A DNA stretch of 50,805 nt from a virus, in IMG/VR virus record IMGVR_UViG_3300025159_000004, positions 1-50,805 of that record; one strand, given 5' to 3'. A program made the position numbers and the translations under genes. Shown here in pieces: positions 7,854 to 17,695 of the stretch. The notes under the pieces were generated by a model. That model had not been told where the DNA came from. It worked only from the letters and a program-made list of their open reading frames with translations, and made no database searches. Positions within the stretch are counted from its first letter, which is position 1, and every line of letters starts with the position of its first letter.

Positions 7854-8872
7854 TATTCGATCCGTTTGATCGACTTGACCTTAGGTGGCGCTGCCGGCCC
7901 CGACGACCGCTGGAGGGCTGAACGCGCAGCGTCCACAGTGCGCTGAACGTCTCCGCGCGCCTGCTTGAGTGCGTCAATCTCTGCCCGGGCCTTCTGGGCA
8001 AGCGGCGAGTCAGTCACGATAAAGATTGAATACTCGCGCTCTAACGTAGTGATTTCACGGCTCAAATCGCTGGCCTGACGCCCGGCGTCAAGCAAGAGAT
8101 TGTTAAACCCTGCGGCGTCATAACCCTCACGGCGCACGTTAGCCATCAGCTTCGCGATCTTCTCTCGGGTAGTATTGGCTGCCGTCGCAATCTGGCGAGC
8201 ATTACCTAGCTGGGACGTAAGCCGAGATGCCTGCTGGCGGCCCTGCATGGCCTTCTGGAGATAACCACCAATCTGCGGGAACAGCTTCGCGCCCTGCTCT
8301 GGCGCACCACGAAACATGCCAGTGAAGACGTCAATCTCTCGCGCGCCCAGTGGGTCATACTCTTCCATACCCTGGCGGTACTGCTGGAGCGGCGCAAGGA
8401 AGGTCTCCATGTCTGAGATAGCGGCAGTCGTAGCTTCCCGCCGCTTGATGCGCGCAGTCTGTTCGGCGCTTTGCTGGGCTTGCGCCCCCCTGACCATCTC
8501 TCCAAGCCACTTTGCGCCAGCCATGCCGCGTGGCTCAAATGGCGTGAACGCCGTCGTCGCAGGCTCATGTTCCGCCTGGACGCCAGGTGCTGGCATAGAC
8601 GTCGTGATCCGTGTGGGTGCTACTCGACGAGCGAGATCAGGATTGCCTCGTAGAATCTCGTTAAGCGCGGCAGTCTCTTCGCCGCCCTCACGGGCAGACG
8701 TCTGGCGATCAATGTCAGCCTTGGCTTGAGCCTGTGCCATGTACCCCTGAAGAGCGCGCCCACTTGCTGTTTCGCGTGCCTCCTCTTCCCGGCGAGCACG
8801 CTCGCGCTCATCCATGCCCTCCAGGGCTACACGAGCAACAGGAACGAAGCCCGAGTATTTACCGTTGGCCAT
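7853..8872 (-). CDS. Ala/Arg/Gln-rich coiled-coil virion protein (339 aa)
   Basis: The start was set to ATG 8872 (MANGKYSGF), which has GAAGGA upstream. Composition is strongly helical and charged. Confidence 0.7.
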   Translation of the reverse strand: MANGKYSGFVPVARVALEGMDERERARREEEARETASGRALQGYMAQAQAKADIDRQTSAREGGEETAALNEILRGNPDLARRVAPTRITTSMPAPGVQAEHEPATTAFTPFEPRGMAGAKWLGEMVRGAQAQQSAEQTARIKRREATTAAISDMETFLAPLQQYRQGMEEYDPLGAREIDVFTGMFRGAPEQGAKLFPQIGGYLQKAMQGRQQASRLTSQLGNARQIATAANTTREKIAKLMANVRREGYDAAGFNNLLLDAGRQASDLSREITTLEREYSIFIVTDSPLAQKARAEIDALKQARGDVQRTVDAARSALQRSSGPAAPPKVKSIKRIE

Positions 8873-9443
8873 AACTCGTCTGTCCTTCCGCATTCGGGTT
8901 GAACGGCGGCGTGCGTACACTTGGGCCCATGGGTGGGAAGCCTGGTGTTACGCCCATACCACCATCCTTGGGAGGCGCCTTCTTCTTCTTACCCCCAAAC
9001 ATCCAGTCGCCGAGACTCTCAAAGCCCTTTCCAGCGAATCCTTCAAGCATTCCGGCTTGGCGTGGGATGTCCTGTGTCGGCATGCCTGTACCCGCAAGGC
9101 GCCCAATGTAGTCACGCTGCTTGTTCAAGAAGTCGAGCTCCTTCATTGCCAGATCGAGATTGATCTGATTGCGCCCGCGCGTGACCGTATCTTCGAGCCA
9201 GCCTGACCCACCCGCGCCGGGGCGAGCAGAACGCGCAGCCTCTTCGGATTGCTTGTAGAGCATGTTACGATACGGCTCAGGGAAGGCGCCACCGGGGGAC
9301 GCATACATCTTATCATAGTCCGCACGGGCGCGACGCAGCTCGTCCATTCGGAGCATGCGATCCTGTGCGTACGGGTCAAACGTCTCCCGTGGCGTACCAA
9401 GCAGTGCATCACTGAGCCCGGAAAAGAAATCCTGGAGTGCCAT
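8859..9443 (-). CDS. hypothetical virion protein (194 aa)
   Basis: ORF in the late operon with a Gly/Pro-rich C-terminus. Confidence 0.7.
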   Translation of the reverse strand: MALQDFFSGLSDALLGTPRETFDPYAQDRMLRMDELRRARADYDKMYASPGGAFPEPYRNMLYKQSEEAARSARPGAGGSGWLEDTVTRGRNQINLDLAMKELDFLNKQRDYIGRLAGTGMPTQDIPRQAGMLEGFAGKGFESLGDWMFGGKKKKAPPKDGGMGVTPGFPPMGPSVRTPPFNPNAEGQTSYGQR

Positions 9444-9445
9444 GA

Positions 9446-10429
9446 TTACTCCTTATTGAGCATTCCGCGTAATCTCGCACCGGCACGCGGCTCAAATCCC
9501 TCAGCCGAAATGCGCATCACTTCGTCAATGACGCCAGCCTTTTGTGCTGCACTTCTAGCGGCAAGCTCGGTCATGAGTTCGCCAAGGGCATCCTCACCAG
9601 CGCTGCGCTCACTTTGGGTGCTACTGACGCCCTGACCCCTATAGCGCGCATACCCGGCCTTCTTACGAAACTCGTAGTATTTCTTGTGTTCCGGCCGGAG
9701 CACGCCGCGATCAAGCATCTCTTTCACACGCGAACGAGCGCGATCACCACCCGGGTACGCTGAGATCTGTCCTTTAGGCGGCGGAACACGCATATCAAAC
9801 TGGAGCGCGTGCTGAAGCTCGTGGGGGACAGTTGATGCGACTGGCACGAACTCTCCCGCGCCGGCTAGAGTTTTAGCTTTGGGGTCAGTAAGGGTATCCA
9901 TCACCAGTTCGTTTACTTGGATTTGGTGTGGAAATAAGGATGAAGAAGCCCTCTCAAAAGTTGGATTGAACTCTCCAAGTGTGCCCGTGAGGGGACGTTC
10001 AGCGCTTGCTGTTGGCACACCATATCGCGCAGTCCCACCAGACGCTGTCGATGTCACTTCGTTGAGTGTATAGGCAGCCGGTCGCCGCTCCAGTTCGCCA
10101 TATATCTTGGGATAATACTTCTGCACGTATTGCAGGAGGCGCGGCGTAGACTTAGCAGTCAAGATGCGCGCCAAGGTGCCAGTTGGCATCCCGAATGCCC
10201 CACTCGCGGCATCGCGAGGGTCAGCAGCCGGGGCAAGAAGCTTGAGTGCGTTGACAGCCCCGCGCATAGCACGCTCGCCGGGTGTGAGCATCACTGATCC
10301 GCCAAGGCGGGGCGACATGAACGGGCGCCCAGATGCACGTTCCATCTCGCTCGCTACGATGCCGCCAAGGCCCGACGTCGGGACGTAGCCCAGTTCGTCT
10401 TCGGGTTGTGCTTGCACGCCCATTGCCAT
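9446..10429 (-). CDS. virion protein with HExxH motif (327 aa)
   Basis: Contains VPHELQHALQF (HExxH). The start overlaps the upstream stop. Confidence 0.7.
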   Translation of the reverse strand: MAMGVQAQPEDELGYVPTSGLGGIVASEMERASGRPFMSPRLGGSVMLTPGERAMRGAVNALKLLAPAADPRDAASGAFGMPTGTLARILTAKSTPRLLQYVQKYYPKIYGELERRPAAYTLNEVTSTASGGTARYGVPTASAERPLTGTLGEFNPTFERASSSLFPHQIQVNELVMDTLTDPKAKTLAGAGEFVPVASTVPHELQHALQFDMRVPPPKGQISAYPGGDRARSRVKEMLDRGVLRPEHKKYYEFRKKAGYARYRGQGVSSTQSERSAGEDALGELMTELAARSAAQKAGVIDEVMRISAEGFEPRAGARLRGMLNKE

Positions 10430-10698
10430 TAGCGCTTCTCTCCGTCAGACTTTTTCTTCTTCATTTCCCCATACATACCGAACTCTTCAAATGCGGCATC
10501 ATAGAATGTCACGTCAACTTCGATGTTGATGGGCGTTCCAGCTTGATCGACTGTGCCATAGACGCGCACAATCTGTGCCGGTCCCAAGCGGGGGAACAGG
10601 CGCAGGTTCACAATGGTCAGCGTATGTCCTGCTGTTGTCGCATCACCCGTCACGACAAGCTGTGACGTCGACGATGCAAGGATCTGTGTGGATGCCAT
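10429..10698 (-). CDS. hypothetical protein (89 aa)
   Basis: ORF coupled at both ends by overlapping codons. Confidence 0.7.
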   Translation of the reverse strand: MASTQILASSTSQLVVTGDATTAGHTLTIVNLRLFPRLGPAQIVRVYGTVDQAGTPINIEVDVTFYDAAFEEFGMYGEMKKKKSDGEKR

Positions 10699-12770
10699 TA
10701 TCCTGGCCTTGTCGTCGGTGCGGCGATCAGCGAGATTGGTGGAAAGATTTCAAAGCCATAGGTTGCCGCTTGGAGTCGCACCTGGACCCACTTGGTTGTA
10801 CCACCGAAGATGATGTTTGACAGTGTGGCAATCGTTGGCGACGCGGCAAGTGAATCGCGCTGCTCAAACGATGCACTGTCAAAAGCATGTGGATGGTTGG
10901 CGTAGCGCACGTGGACCTGGATAGCGACGGTCGACTTGTAGGGGACGCTAATGCCAATCCACTTGGTGACCTTATCACGCGCCTGTGTCCCGATCCACGG
11001 CAGGTCGATGTACGCTGTCGTGTCGGTCCCAAGCCAAGCGCCAGACGTTGCTGCGCCCATCCGCCAGATATCGGCGGCGTCGTTGACAGAGTACAGCGTC
11101 TCACGTACACCGTCGACGTAAGCTTCCGTCGCATAGTCAGCCAACTGGCCCATCCGCGACGGCCACACGGCGTCACCAATATCTTGGGCGCGCACATAGT
11201 CGAAGACGATCCCGTTCGTCGTCTGTGTAGGGTCGGACTCATCGACTTCACGAAACCAGAATCTGACAGTCTTCGTGGACTCGTCGCGGATGCCTACCGT
11301 CCACTGAGGCTCTTCAAGCCAGATGTCTCTTAAGAGTGGCGCAACCTTCTCTGAAACGTAGTTACGCCCAGTCTGGCGTAGCATGTAGATGCCGCGCTGC
11401 CACGGGAAGAGCAGCGACCCGGATGGCGTCTCCACCAGGGCGAGCGGCGAGTCGATGCCATTCTCCGTCGACACAACCGACCGTGTGGGTGTCCCATCAG
11501 TCCCAACCGTCCACGCTAAGACGGTATTCTGCATGCCGACAATGACGGCGTCACCATACTCCCGAACAGCCGTGATGCGGTTCGTGCGGCTGAGCGACTG
11601 CGCGCCACCAGACATCACCTGCGTGTTGGTTGATGGGAACTCGTCAGGCTTGCTTGCTGGTGAGTAGAAGAGTGTCGAGAGGGCCGGGTCGCTATTTGAG
11701 CCAGCCACGGGCACGCCGCCAAGGATGATACGATCTTTGTGCGCGCAGCCAACCTGAGCAGCAGGTGGGGCGTCAGCATACAAGAAGTAGATGTCATCAA
11801 TGTAGATCACGTTTGTAGCATCATCGTTAGTGATAACCATCGAGGCCACCGTAGCCCAGTTCGCGGTATCAGCGGCGCGCGCAATCGACGCTTGATGCCA
11901 TGTCCCGTCAGCGGTTATACTTGAGAGAGTATGGGCGCCAATAAGTGTCCCGCCACCACCTGGGGCCGTATAAAACCGCACGACACACTGGTTAGCCGTA
12001 GCCGCTTTGAGATACTTAAACTGTATGAAGTCTGTAGTAGCAAACTGTGTCCCACCATAGGGACGCGGCCCAGCACGAAAGTCGCGTACTGGATCAAAGT
12101 CAACGGTGCTTGTCCCACTCGTCCCTACGCGGAGCGCAGACGTTCCCACGCGCGCCGGAACTGGCAAGCTCGCATCCACAATGAAGCCAGGCGATCCACC
12201 CCCAGTATGTGAAACCCACGTTTCCCCGGCGACGGTTCCAGAAACAAGCGGGCTGATCGGCTTGCTACCCAGCGGGAAGAGATGCGGCGTCGCATAGTTC
12301 TGGCCGTCCCAACGGAAGTGTTGTCCGTATTTAAGTGGGTTATCACGCCCATTGAACAGCACGAGCCATTGGTCATACACACAATGGGTATTCAGGTCGG
12401 TCGCGTTGCTGCCTGTGCGCCGCACGGCGGTCTCAGTGCCAGGCGCGCCCGACGTATACGTGTAGTAGTTCCCATCCGCACGGTGAATGAGCAACTCCGT
12501 GACATACGTGAGTACGCCCGTCGTCGAGTTATACGTCGCGTATGTAAACGGAGCAAACCACCTCACGTTGCTGGCTGTCCACGTGATAGCGGCATCCAGC
12601 TCCGCGTCAGGCTGCATCGTCGTTGGGTGCTGACCAGATGTATCAGACGTCAGGAGCATATTCAAGGCGTCGTCGTAGTGTCCCTCCGCGATCAGCGTTC
12701 GCGGGGAGTCGCGGTCGATTCCCTTGGCAAACGAGCTGAGGACCTCAGCGCCCTGGGCCTCGTATGGCAT
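10698..12770 (-). CDS. large tail/baseplate structural protein (690 aa)
   Basis: Its size and position in the late operon suggest a tail tubular or nozzle-like role. This is an inference. Confidence 0.75.
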   Translation of the reverse strand: MPYEAQGAEVLSSFAKGIDRDSPRTLIAEGHYDDALNMLLTSDTSGQHPTTMQPDAELDAAITWTASNVRWFAPFTYATYNSTTGVLTYVTELLIHRADGNYYTYTSGAPGTETAVRRTGSNATDLNTHCVYDQWLVLFNGRDNPLKYGQHFRWDGQNYATPHLFPLGSKPISPLVSGTVAGETWVSHTGGGSPGFIVDASLPVPARVGTSALRVGTSGTSTVDFDPVRDFRAGPRPYGGTQFATTDFIQFKYLKAATANQCVVRFYTAPGGGGTLIGAHTLSSITADGTWHQASIARAADTANWATVASMVITNDDATNVIYIDDIYFLYADAPPAAQVGCAHKDRIILGGVPVAGSNSDPALSTLFYSPASKPDEFPSTNTQVMSGGAQSLSRTNRITAVREYGDAVIVGMQNTVLAWTVGTDGTPTRSVVSTENGIDSPLALVETPSGSLLFPWQRGIYMLRQTGRNYVSEKVAPLLRDIWLEEPQWTVGIRDESTKTVRFWFREVDESDPTQTTNGIVFDYVRAQDIGDAVWPSRMGQLADYATEAYVDGVRETLYSVNDAADIWRMGAATSGAWLGTDTTAYIDLPWIGTQARDKVTKWIGISVPYKSTVAIQVHVRYANHPHAFDSASFEQRDSLAASPTIATLSNIIFGGTTKWVQVRLQAATYGFEIFPPISLIAAPTTRPG

Positions 12771-13786
12771 TAGTAGTCGCTCCCGACGCCCATCTCTTCT
12801 GCGTCTTCGGTGACGACACTATCTTGCGACTGCCGGCGACGGATCGTCGAGTTGATCTGTTCACGAAGCTGCTTGATCGTGCGCGCCTCATACTTCTCAG
12901 CAATGTCAGGGCTGACCTTGGTCAGCATGATTGCGCCAGCGATACGTGACAGCCAGCGGTGGTACTCGCGTGGGATGATCGGCGCCATCGCGAGAATATG
13001 GGTAGCCGCTGCAAGCGTAGCTGGACCCCAGTTCGACACCATGGTCGCAGCCGTGTCGCTCGTGATCGCCGCGACACGGGCATACCGTGCATTGGTCGAG
13101 ATGCTCGCTGACGTTACGCTGTTGATACTCGGGATCAGCTCAGCACGCTGGCTCTGGTCTTCCGTGTAGACGTTGTCCGTCACCCACGTGGTCGTGGTGC
13201 CCGTGAGCACTTTCAGTCCTTGCGTGATTCCCACTGTTCCCGCCAGGCTATACGTGAGCGGCTGGAACATTGGGATGTAGTCGATTTCCAGGTTGAAACT
13301 GCCATTGACCGGCGGGATGAGAATCAGCGTCCGCTCGCCAATGATGTCCCAGTAGAAGACCAGCCCGTTGGGGTCGGCTTGGAGGGGAAGCGACTGGTCG
13401 CTGAAACCCGACTGCTCGGCGTCAATCCAGTGGTAGGTTTCCTCTTGGGCGTGAACGAAGCGCACCGCACGATTGTTGGTACACGTGATGCGGATGAGCT
13501 CAGCGAAGTCAGGCGGGAGAGTGAGCTTATTGGTCGTCGATGAGAGCACGAGCGCCGTTGATGGCGTATACGTCTCACCATCGCGTGTAAAGGCAGTCGA
13601 GGACGTGTTAAGGGTCACCAGGCCCCACTTCTTGTGGACGAGCCTGAATTCGCGTAGGGCTTGTTCGTACGCCTCGTTGACCGCGTCCTGGGCTTCTTCG
13701 TCCGACCAGTGGCCCGACGCGGTGCCACCAGGAAGAATCGCGTCAATGCCCTGGCGGGCACGGCGCATCAGCTGCACGACGTTCAT
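12770..13786 (-). CDS. structural protein (338 aa)
   Basis: The start was set to ATG 13786 (MNVVQLMRRARQG), which overlaps the upstream stop (TAATG). Confidence 0.7.
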   Translation of the reverse strand: MNVVQLMRRARQGIDAILPGGTASGHWSDEEAQDAVNEAYEQALREFRLVHKKWGLVTLNTSSTAFTRDGETYTPSTALVLSSTTNKLTLPPDFAELIRITCTNNRAVRFVHAQEETYHWIDAEQSGFSDQSLPLQADPNGLVFYWDIIGERTLILIPPVNGSFNLEIDYIPMFQPLTYSLAGTVGITQGLKVLTGTTTTWVTDNVYTEDQSQRAELIPSINSVTSASISTNARYARVAAITSDTAATMVSNWGPATLAAATHILAMAPIIPREYHRWLSRIAGAIMLTKVSPDIAEKYEARTIKQLREQINSTIRRRQSQDSVVTEDAEEMGVGSDY

Positions 13787-14226
13787 TAGCGCCCCTTTAC
13801 ATAGGTGGACACGCGCGATTTGCTGGACCACGCATACCGATCCCACACTTCGCCAGCCTTATAGCGGATGCCATCCTGACGAGCCTTGACAAGACGCCGC
13901 TTGTGAGCGTCATCTTCACGCTCGGCACGGCGCCAGAGGGGATCAGCGGAGGTATTATGCAACGACCACGTGTCAGCTTCTTTGAGACTGTCTAAGAGCC
14001 GCTCGGCATCAAAGCCCTCACGTGGCACCATACAGACCAGCACGTGACCCTCTTCACGGCGCCGGCCAACGTCAGGCGTCCAGTTGATGCCGCCAGGGCC
14101 AACCGAGCCGATTCGCCCGCGCATGGTCTTGCGCTCGACGAGGACAGCAGGTTGCTCGTTTGAACGGCGCACACGGAGAGCTTTGTCGTAATGGCGTAGT
14201 CTGCGTTCCGCTCTTTCCAGCGTCAT
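13786..14226 (-). CDS. hypothetical basic protein (146 aa)
   Basis: ORF in the late operon, Arg-rich. Confidence 0.65.
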   Translation of the reverse strand: MTLERAERRLRHYDKALRVRRSNEQPAVLVERKTMRGRIGSVGPGGINWTPDVGRRREEGHVLVCMVPREGFDAERLLDSLKEADTWSLHNTSADPLWRRAEREDDAHKRRLVKARQDGIRYKAGEVWDRYAWSSKSRVSTYVKGR

Positions 14227-14240
14227 GGGGAGCCCCTCGT

Positions 14241-15158
14241 TTAGTTAAAGAACTCTACGATCATTCCACTCTGGGTGATGTCGTTGGTATCAACACCCTC
14301 CCCAGTGACCTTAATGACCACGGCGCTAGAGAGCGTTTCGCCTGGCGCGGTAATCGTGGTCTCATGCAGTATTGCTGTTCCGGACTGTATAAACCATTCT
14401 GAGGCGATTTGCGTTGTGGCATCCACACGGAGTACCTCGGCAACGTAGCGCCACGTGTTCGCTTGGCTCACCGTCATGGCGACCGCGCCCAACGCTGTTG
14501 CGCCAAAGTACAATCGCACCGCCTTGGCGTTCGCGTTGTTCGCCGTCGTGCCCCAGGCTATAATCCGAACCCCCCGCCCGGCCGCGTCCATAGCATTCGC
14601 CGGCAGGGTATATGACATCAGGGTATCATCACCAGTCGTCACGTTACCAACCGACGTGATATTCGCGTTGAGCGTTCCGCCGACGCGCGTCGTGCCAGTT
14701 GCGCTCGCCCCGGCGAGAACATTCATCGTGCCCGCGTTCAGCGTCCCCAGCGTCGTGCCATTCGTGGTGACTTTTAGGACGCCGGCAGAGTCACGAGAGA
14801 TCATTGTATCGAAGGTCCCAACCACAGGCGCGGCGGTCGAGCTCCACCCAACGCCAAATCCGCTGCCTAGTACCATCTCACCCGACAATTGCATCCGAGC
14901 CGCCCCGGCAGCCGCAAAACCCGTCGCGTCAGCAGCTGGATGATAAAACCCGGTGTCAACGTCTCCAGCAAACGTCAGACTTGGTAACGCCGCCGTGCCA
15001 GCAGCGAGGAGGAGCGGGTTCGTAATCGTCAGCCCACTCGCGCTTTGCAAGCCATTGACGAAGATGGTCCTGAACACCTGAACCGCGTTCCCGAGATCAA
15101 GCTTGTCGTTATCCTCGGGGATGAGATGCTTCGTGAGAGAATCGGGGTTACGCGCCAT
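14241..15158 (-). CDS. tail fibre-like protein (305 aa)
   Basis: The start was set to ATG 15158 (MARNPDSL). Composition is Gly/Thr/Ala/Asn-rich and beta-type (TGTTRVGGTLNANITSVGNVTTGDD). Confidence 0.65.
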   Translation of the reverse strand: MARNPDSLTKHLIPEDNDKLDLGNAVQVFRTIFVNGLQSASGLTITNPLLLAAGTAALPSLTFAGDVDTGFYHPAADATGFAAAGAARMQLSGEMVLGSGFGVGWSSTAAPVVGTFDTMISRDSAGVLKVTTNGTTLGTLNAGTMNVLAGASATGTTRVGGTLNANITSVGNVTTGDDTLMSYTLPANAMDAAGRGVRIIAWGTTANNANAKAVRLYFGATALGAVAMTVSQANTWRYVAEVLRVDATTQIASEWFIQSGTAILHETTITAPGETLSSAVVIKVTGEGVDTNDITQSGMIVEFFN

Positions 15159-15294
15159 GGCTCCACACCTCTTTGGGACTCGCGTTAAGTAAGCCTTGGA
15201 GCCTAGCAACCTCAGCCTCTAGCACCTCGACCTTGGCTGCCTGGCACAAAAGCGACCACACGTACATTGCGATCCGTTGTTCGACTGGGTTCAT
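15148..15294 (-). CDS. small coiled-coil protein (48 aa)
   Basis: Below the ORF-track cutoff. GGAGGA lies 8 nt upstream of the ATG. Hand translation: MNPVEQRIAMYVWSLLCQAAKVEVLEAEVARLQGLL... Confidence 0.45.
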   Translation of the reverse strand: MNPVEQRIAMYVWSLLCQAAKVEVLEAEVARLQGLLNASPKEVWSHGA

Positions 15295-15298
15295 GGGA

Positions 15299-17695
15299 TT
15301 ATCCTCCTATGATTCTGTTCCAACCACCAATAATCCGGGCCATCGCGGCCACCAAGCCCGCCTCCTCCGCCCCAAATGCCCCGTGCGTTGGTTCCGTTGC
15401 CACGCTCGGGCGCACGCGGACGTTGTCGAAGTACGCCGTCGCGGTGCGCGTCGTTGTGATCGAGGGGCGGATGCAGCCGAGTGTGCTGTACGCAGGGCTC
15501 GCGTTGAAAAATGCGAGATCCGTTCCGATCAGCGTCCCGTCGAGGTACAGGTCGAACGTCCCGATCGTCTTGATGCGGATGCTGACCATGTGCCAGGCGT
15601 CCCATGTGATGTCCGCGAGCTGCGTGTGGGACGACCCGTTGTAGTAACCGATCTTGTTCGCAGGATTGCCGTAGAACGCGACCCACGGTCCGAAATTCGC
15701 CGACACGTTTAGGCCAATGCCCGACCCCGTAACGAGACCGAATACGAAGTTGTCGTTTGCCGCCGCACCGCCGATCGTGTCGATATACAACGCACACTCA
15801 AAACTGTGTGCAGCGCCGACATTCGGCGTCCGATGATCACATGCCATAACGAACGACGTCGCTGTTGGCTTGTACAATCGGCCCGCGAGGCTCACCGCGT
15901 CGCCTGGAGACTGGACATCGCAGAGGGCGTGGATCAGCGTGTAGGACCCGTTGATATACGCCACGGGGAGCAGCCCGTCGCCGGCGGTCTTCTCGGCCGG
16001 CATCGCGTGCTCCAGCGTAGCTTCCGCTGTCGCCATTCCGACCAAGACGTGCGGCCGGGTCCACGTCGCACCGCTGTCATCCGAGCGGCACCAGTAGATC
16101 GCGCGCCCGCTGGTGTAGGTCCACATGACGATGACGCCCGTGGCCCCATCGAACGATACGCGCGGTGAGGTGACCCAGTCGTGGACCCTCGCGGCGGTGT
16201 CCAGAATGACCTCGTCGCCCCAGGCGCCCGCCGCACTACGCTTTCGGTAGCGGACTACCTGATTGACGTCCTGATACGCGACGTGAACCGTGCCGTCGCC
16301 CGGCCCAGCAGCGTCGATGCGCGAGACGAACGTGTTGTCGCCGCTCGCCGACTCTACCGCCACCAACGTCGCGTCGGCGTCGGCCGCGACCACGCCAGCC
16401 GCCGTCACCGTAAAGCCCGGCGCGACGATGTCCTGCGCCCACTCGTACCCGACGACGTACATGGCGCCGGAGGCCAACGGAGCGAGGACCCCCTGCGCGT
16501 CGTCGCCCACGCCCGCGTAGGCGACCACGGGGAACCCCGCCGTCGTGCTCCACGTCCCGTCGACGTTGTCGTTCCGAATGACAGTCGCGTCGCCAATCGC
16601 AGGGAGGCTCGCGTTGTCGTCGGAGTAGCACACCCAGGCGTGCCCGTCCGTGCCGATGCTGAGATTGAGGTCAGTCACGATGACTGCGCTCGCAAGCGCC
16701 GTCTGCCAGTCCGCGAGCCACGTGATGGTGCCATCAGCGTTCGGCGTCCCAACGCGGTACTCCAATCCACCGTAGCCCGGGTCAGGAAGGGCATAAATGA
16801 TGTTCTTCGCGACGTGGACGTAGGTGCCGTCATAGGCCACGTCCCATGAGGCGTCCCGCTGCGGAGAATCACGAAGGGACGTGTCGCCCGTCCACGTCAC
16901 GCCGTCCGTTGAGGAACGGTAGTACATCGGGAACGGGGGCGTGCCTCCGGAGATGTCGGCCCAGACGAGCCAGTAGCGCCCGGCGGCGACGAAACACTGT
17001 CGCTGCTGTGCAATCCTCGCCGTGAAGGGCGCCTCCGACCCGGTGCCCGTGGACACGGACGTAAGCACAGCGGAGCCGAGCGGTCGATCGCTTCGCGCCT
17101 GAGTCGCGCTGAGGTCGACCGTCGCCCCGCCGTCCGGCGTGCCAATGAACCATGTGCGCCAGCCCCACGGCTGATCGCCCGACGCGCCTTTGGAGAACGA
17201 CGAAAATGCGAGGAACACTTCCTCGCCGTCGCTCGCGCTCACCGCCGCGGCGTTGCCGTAGTAGAGGTAGAGCGTGACCGTGCCGGAGGCGGCGATCGAC
17301 GGCACGCGCGCCCAGATCGTGAGGTCCCCGGCGCCCGAGTCCCAGGACTCGACCCAGTGGGGGATCAGCGTCGTGCCGTCGGCCAGCGTCACGCGGAAGT
17401 CGTCCCCGTCTGCCTGGGCGGAAGTGAAACTCCCACCAGAGATAACCACCTTGACCGCATACTCCGTCAGCGCGGAGCCGGACTGCTCCGTGAAGGTCAC
17501 CGCGCGGCGGTAGAGCCACGCGGCGTCGTACCAGCCCGCGACCGCAGCCGCCGCAAGAATGCCTGCGTACCACGCCGCCGCCTGCTGGCGATCCGCCTGC
17601 GTGATCGCCCCGTCCGGGAGTGGCAGCAGCCAGCGCCACGGCAGGCCGACGTGGACGCCCGACGCTCGCTTCTCTCGCGTGTCGAGATTCGCCAT
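15299..17695 (-). CDS. tail spike/fibre: DUF2341-like N-domain, BNR (Asp-box) propeller-like centre, LamG/ConA-like C-domain
   Basis: AWLYRRAVTF...DFRVT..IPHWVESW..IWARVP..LYLYYGN is a DUF2341 pattern. Two SxDxGxTW boxes are present (SSTDGVTWTG, SDDSGATWTRP). Confidence 0.65.
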   Translation of the reverse strand: MANLDTREKRASGVHVGLPWRWLLPLPDGAITQADRQQAAAWYAGILAAAAVAGWYDAAWLYRRAVTFTEQSGSALTEYAVKVVISGGSFTSAQADGDDFRVTLADGTTLIPHWVESWDSGAGDLTIWARVPSIAASGTVTLYLYYGNAAAVSASDGEEVFLAFSSFSKGASGDQPWGWRTWFIGTPDGGATVDLSATQARSDRPLGSAVLTSVSTGTGSEAPFTARIAQQRQCFVAAGRYWLVWADISGGTPPFPMYYRSSTDGVTWTGDTSLRDSPQRDASWDVAYDGTYVHVAKNIIYALPDPGYGGLEYRVGTPNADGTITWLADWQTALASAVIVTDLNLSIGTDGHAWVCYSDDNASLPAIGDATVIRNDNVDGTWSTTAGFPVVAYAGVGDDAQGVLAPLASGAMYVVGYEWAQDIVAPGFTVTAAGVVAADADATLVAVESASGDNTFVSRIDAAGPGDGTVHVAYQDVNQVVRYRKRSAAGAWGDEVILDTAARVHDWVTSPRVSFDGATGVIVMWTYTSGRAIYWCRSDDSGATWTRPHVLVGMATAEATLEHAMPAEKTAGDGLLPVAYINGSYTLIHALCDVQSPGDAVSLAGRLYKPTATSFVMACDHRTPNVGAAHSFECALYIDTIGGAAANDNFVFGLVTGSGIGLNVSANFGPWVAFYGNPANKIGYYNGSSHTQLADITWDAWHMVSIRIKTIGTFDLYLDGTLIGTDLAFFNASPAYSTLGCIRPSITTTRTATAYFDNVRVRPSVATEPTHGAFGAEEAGLVAAMARIIGGWNRIIGG

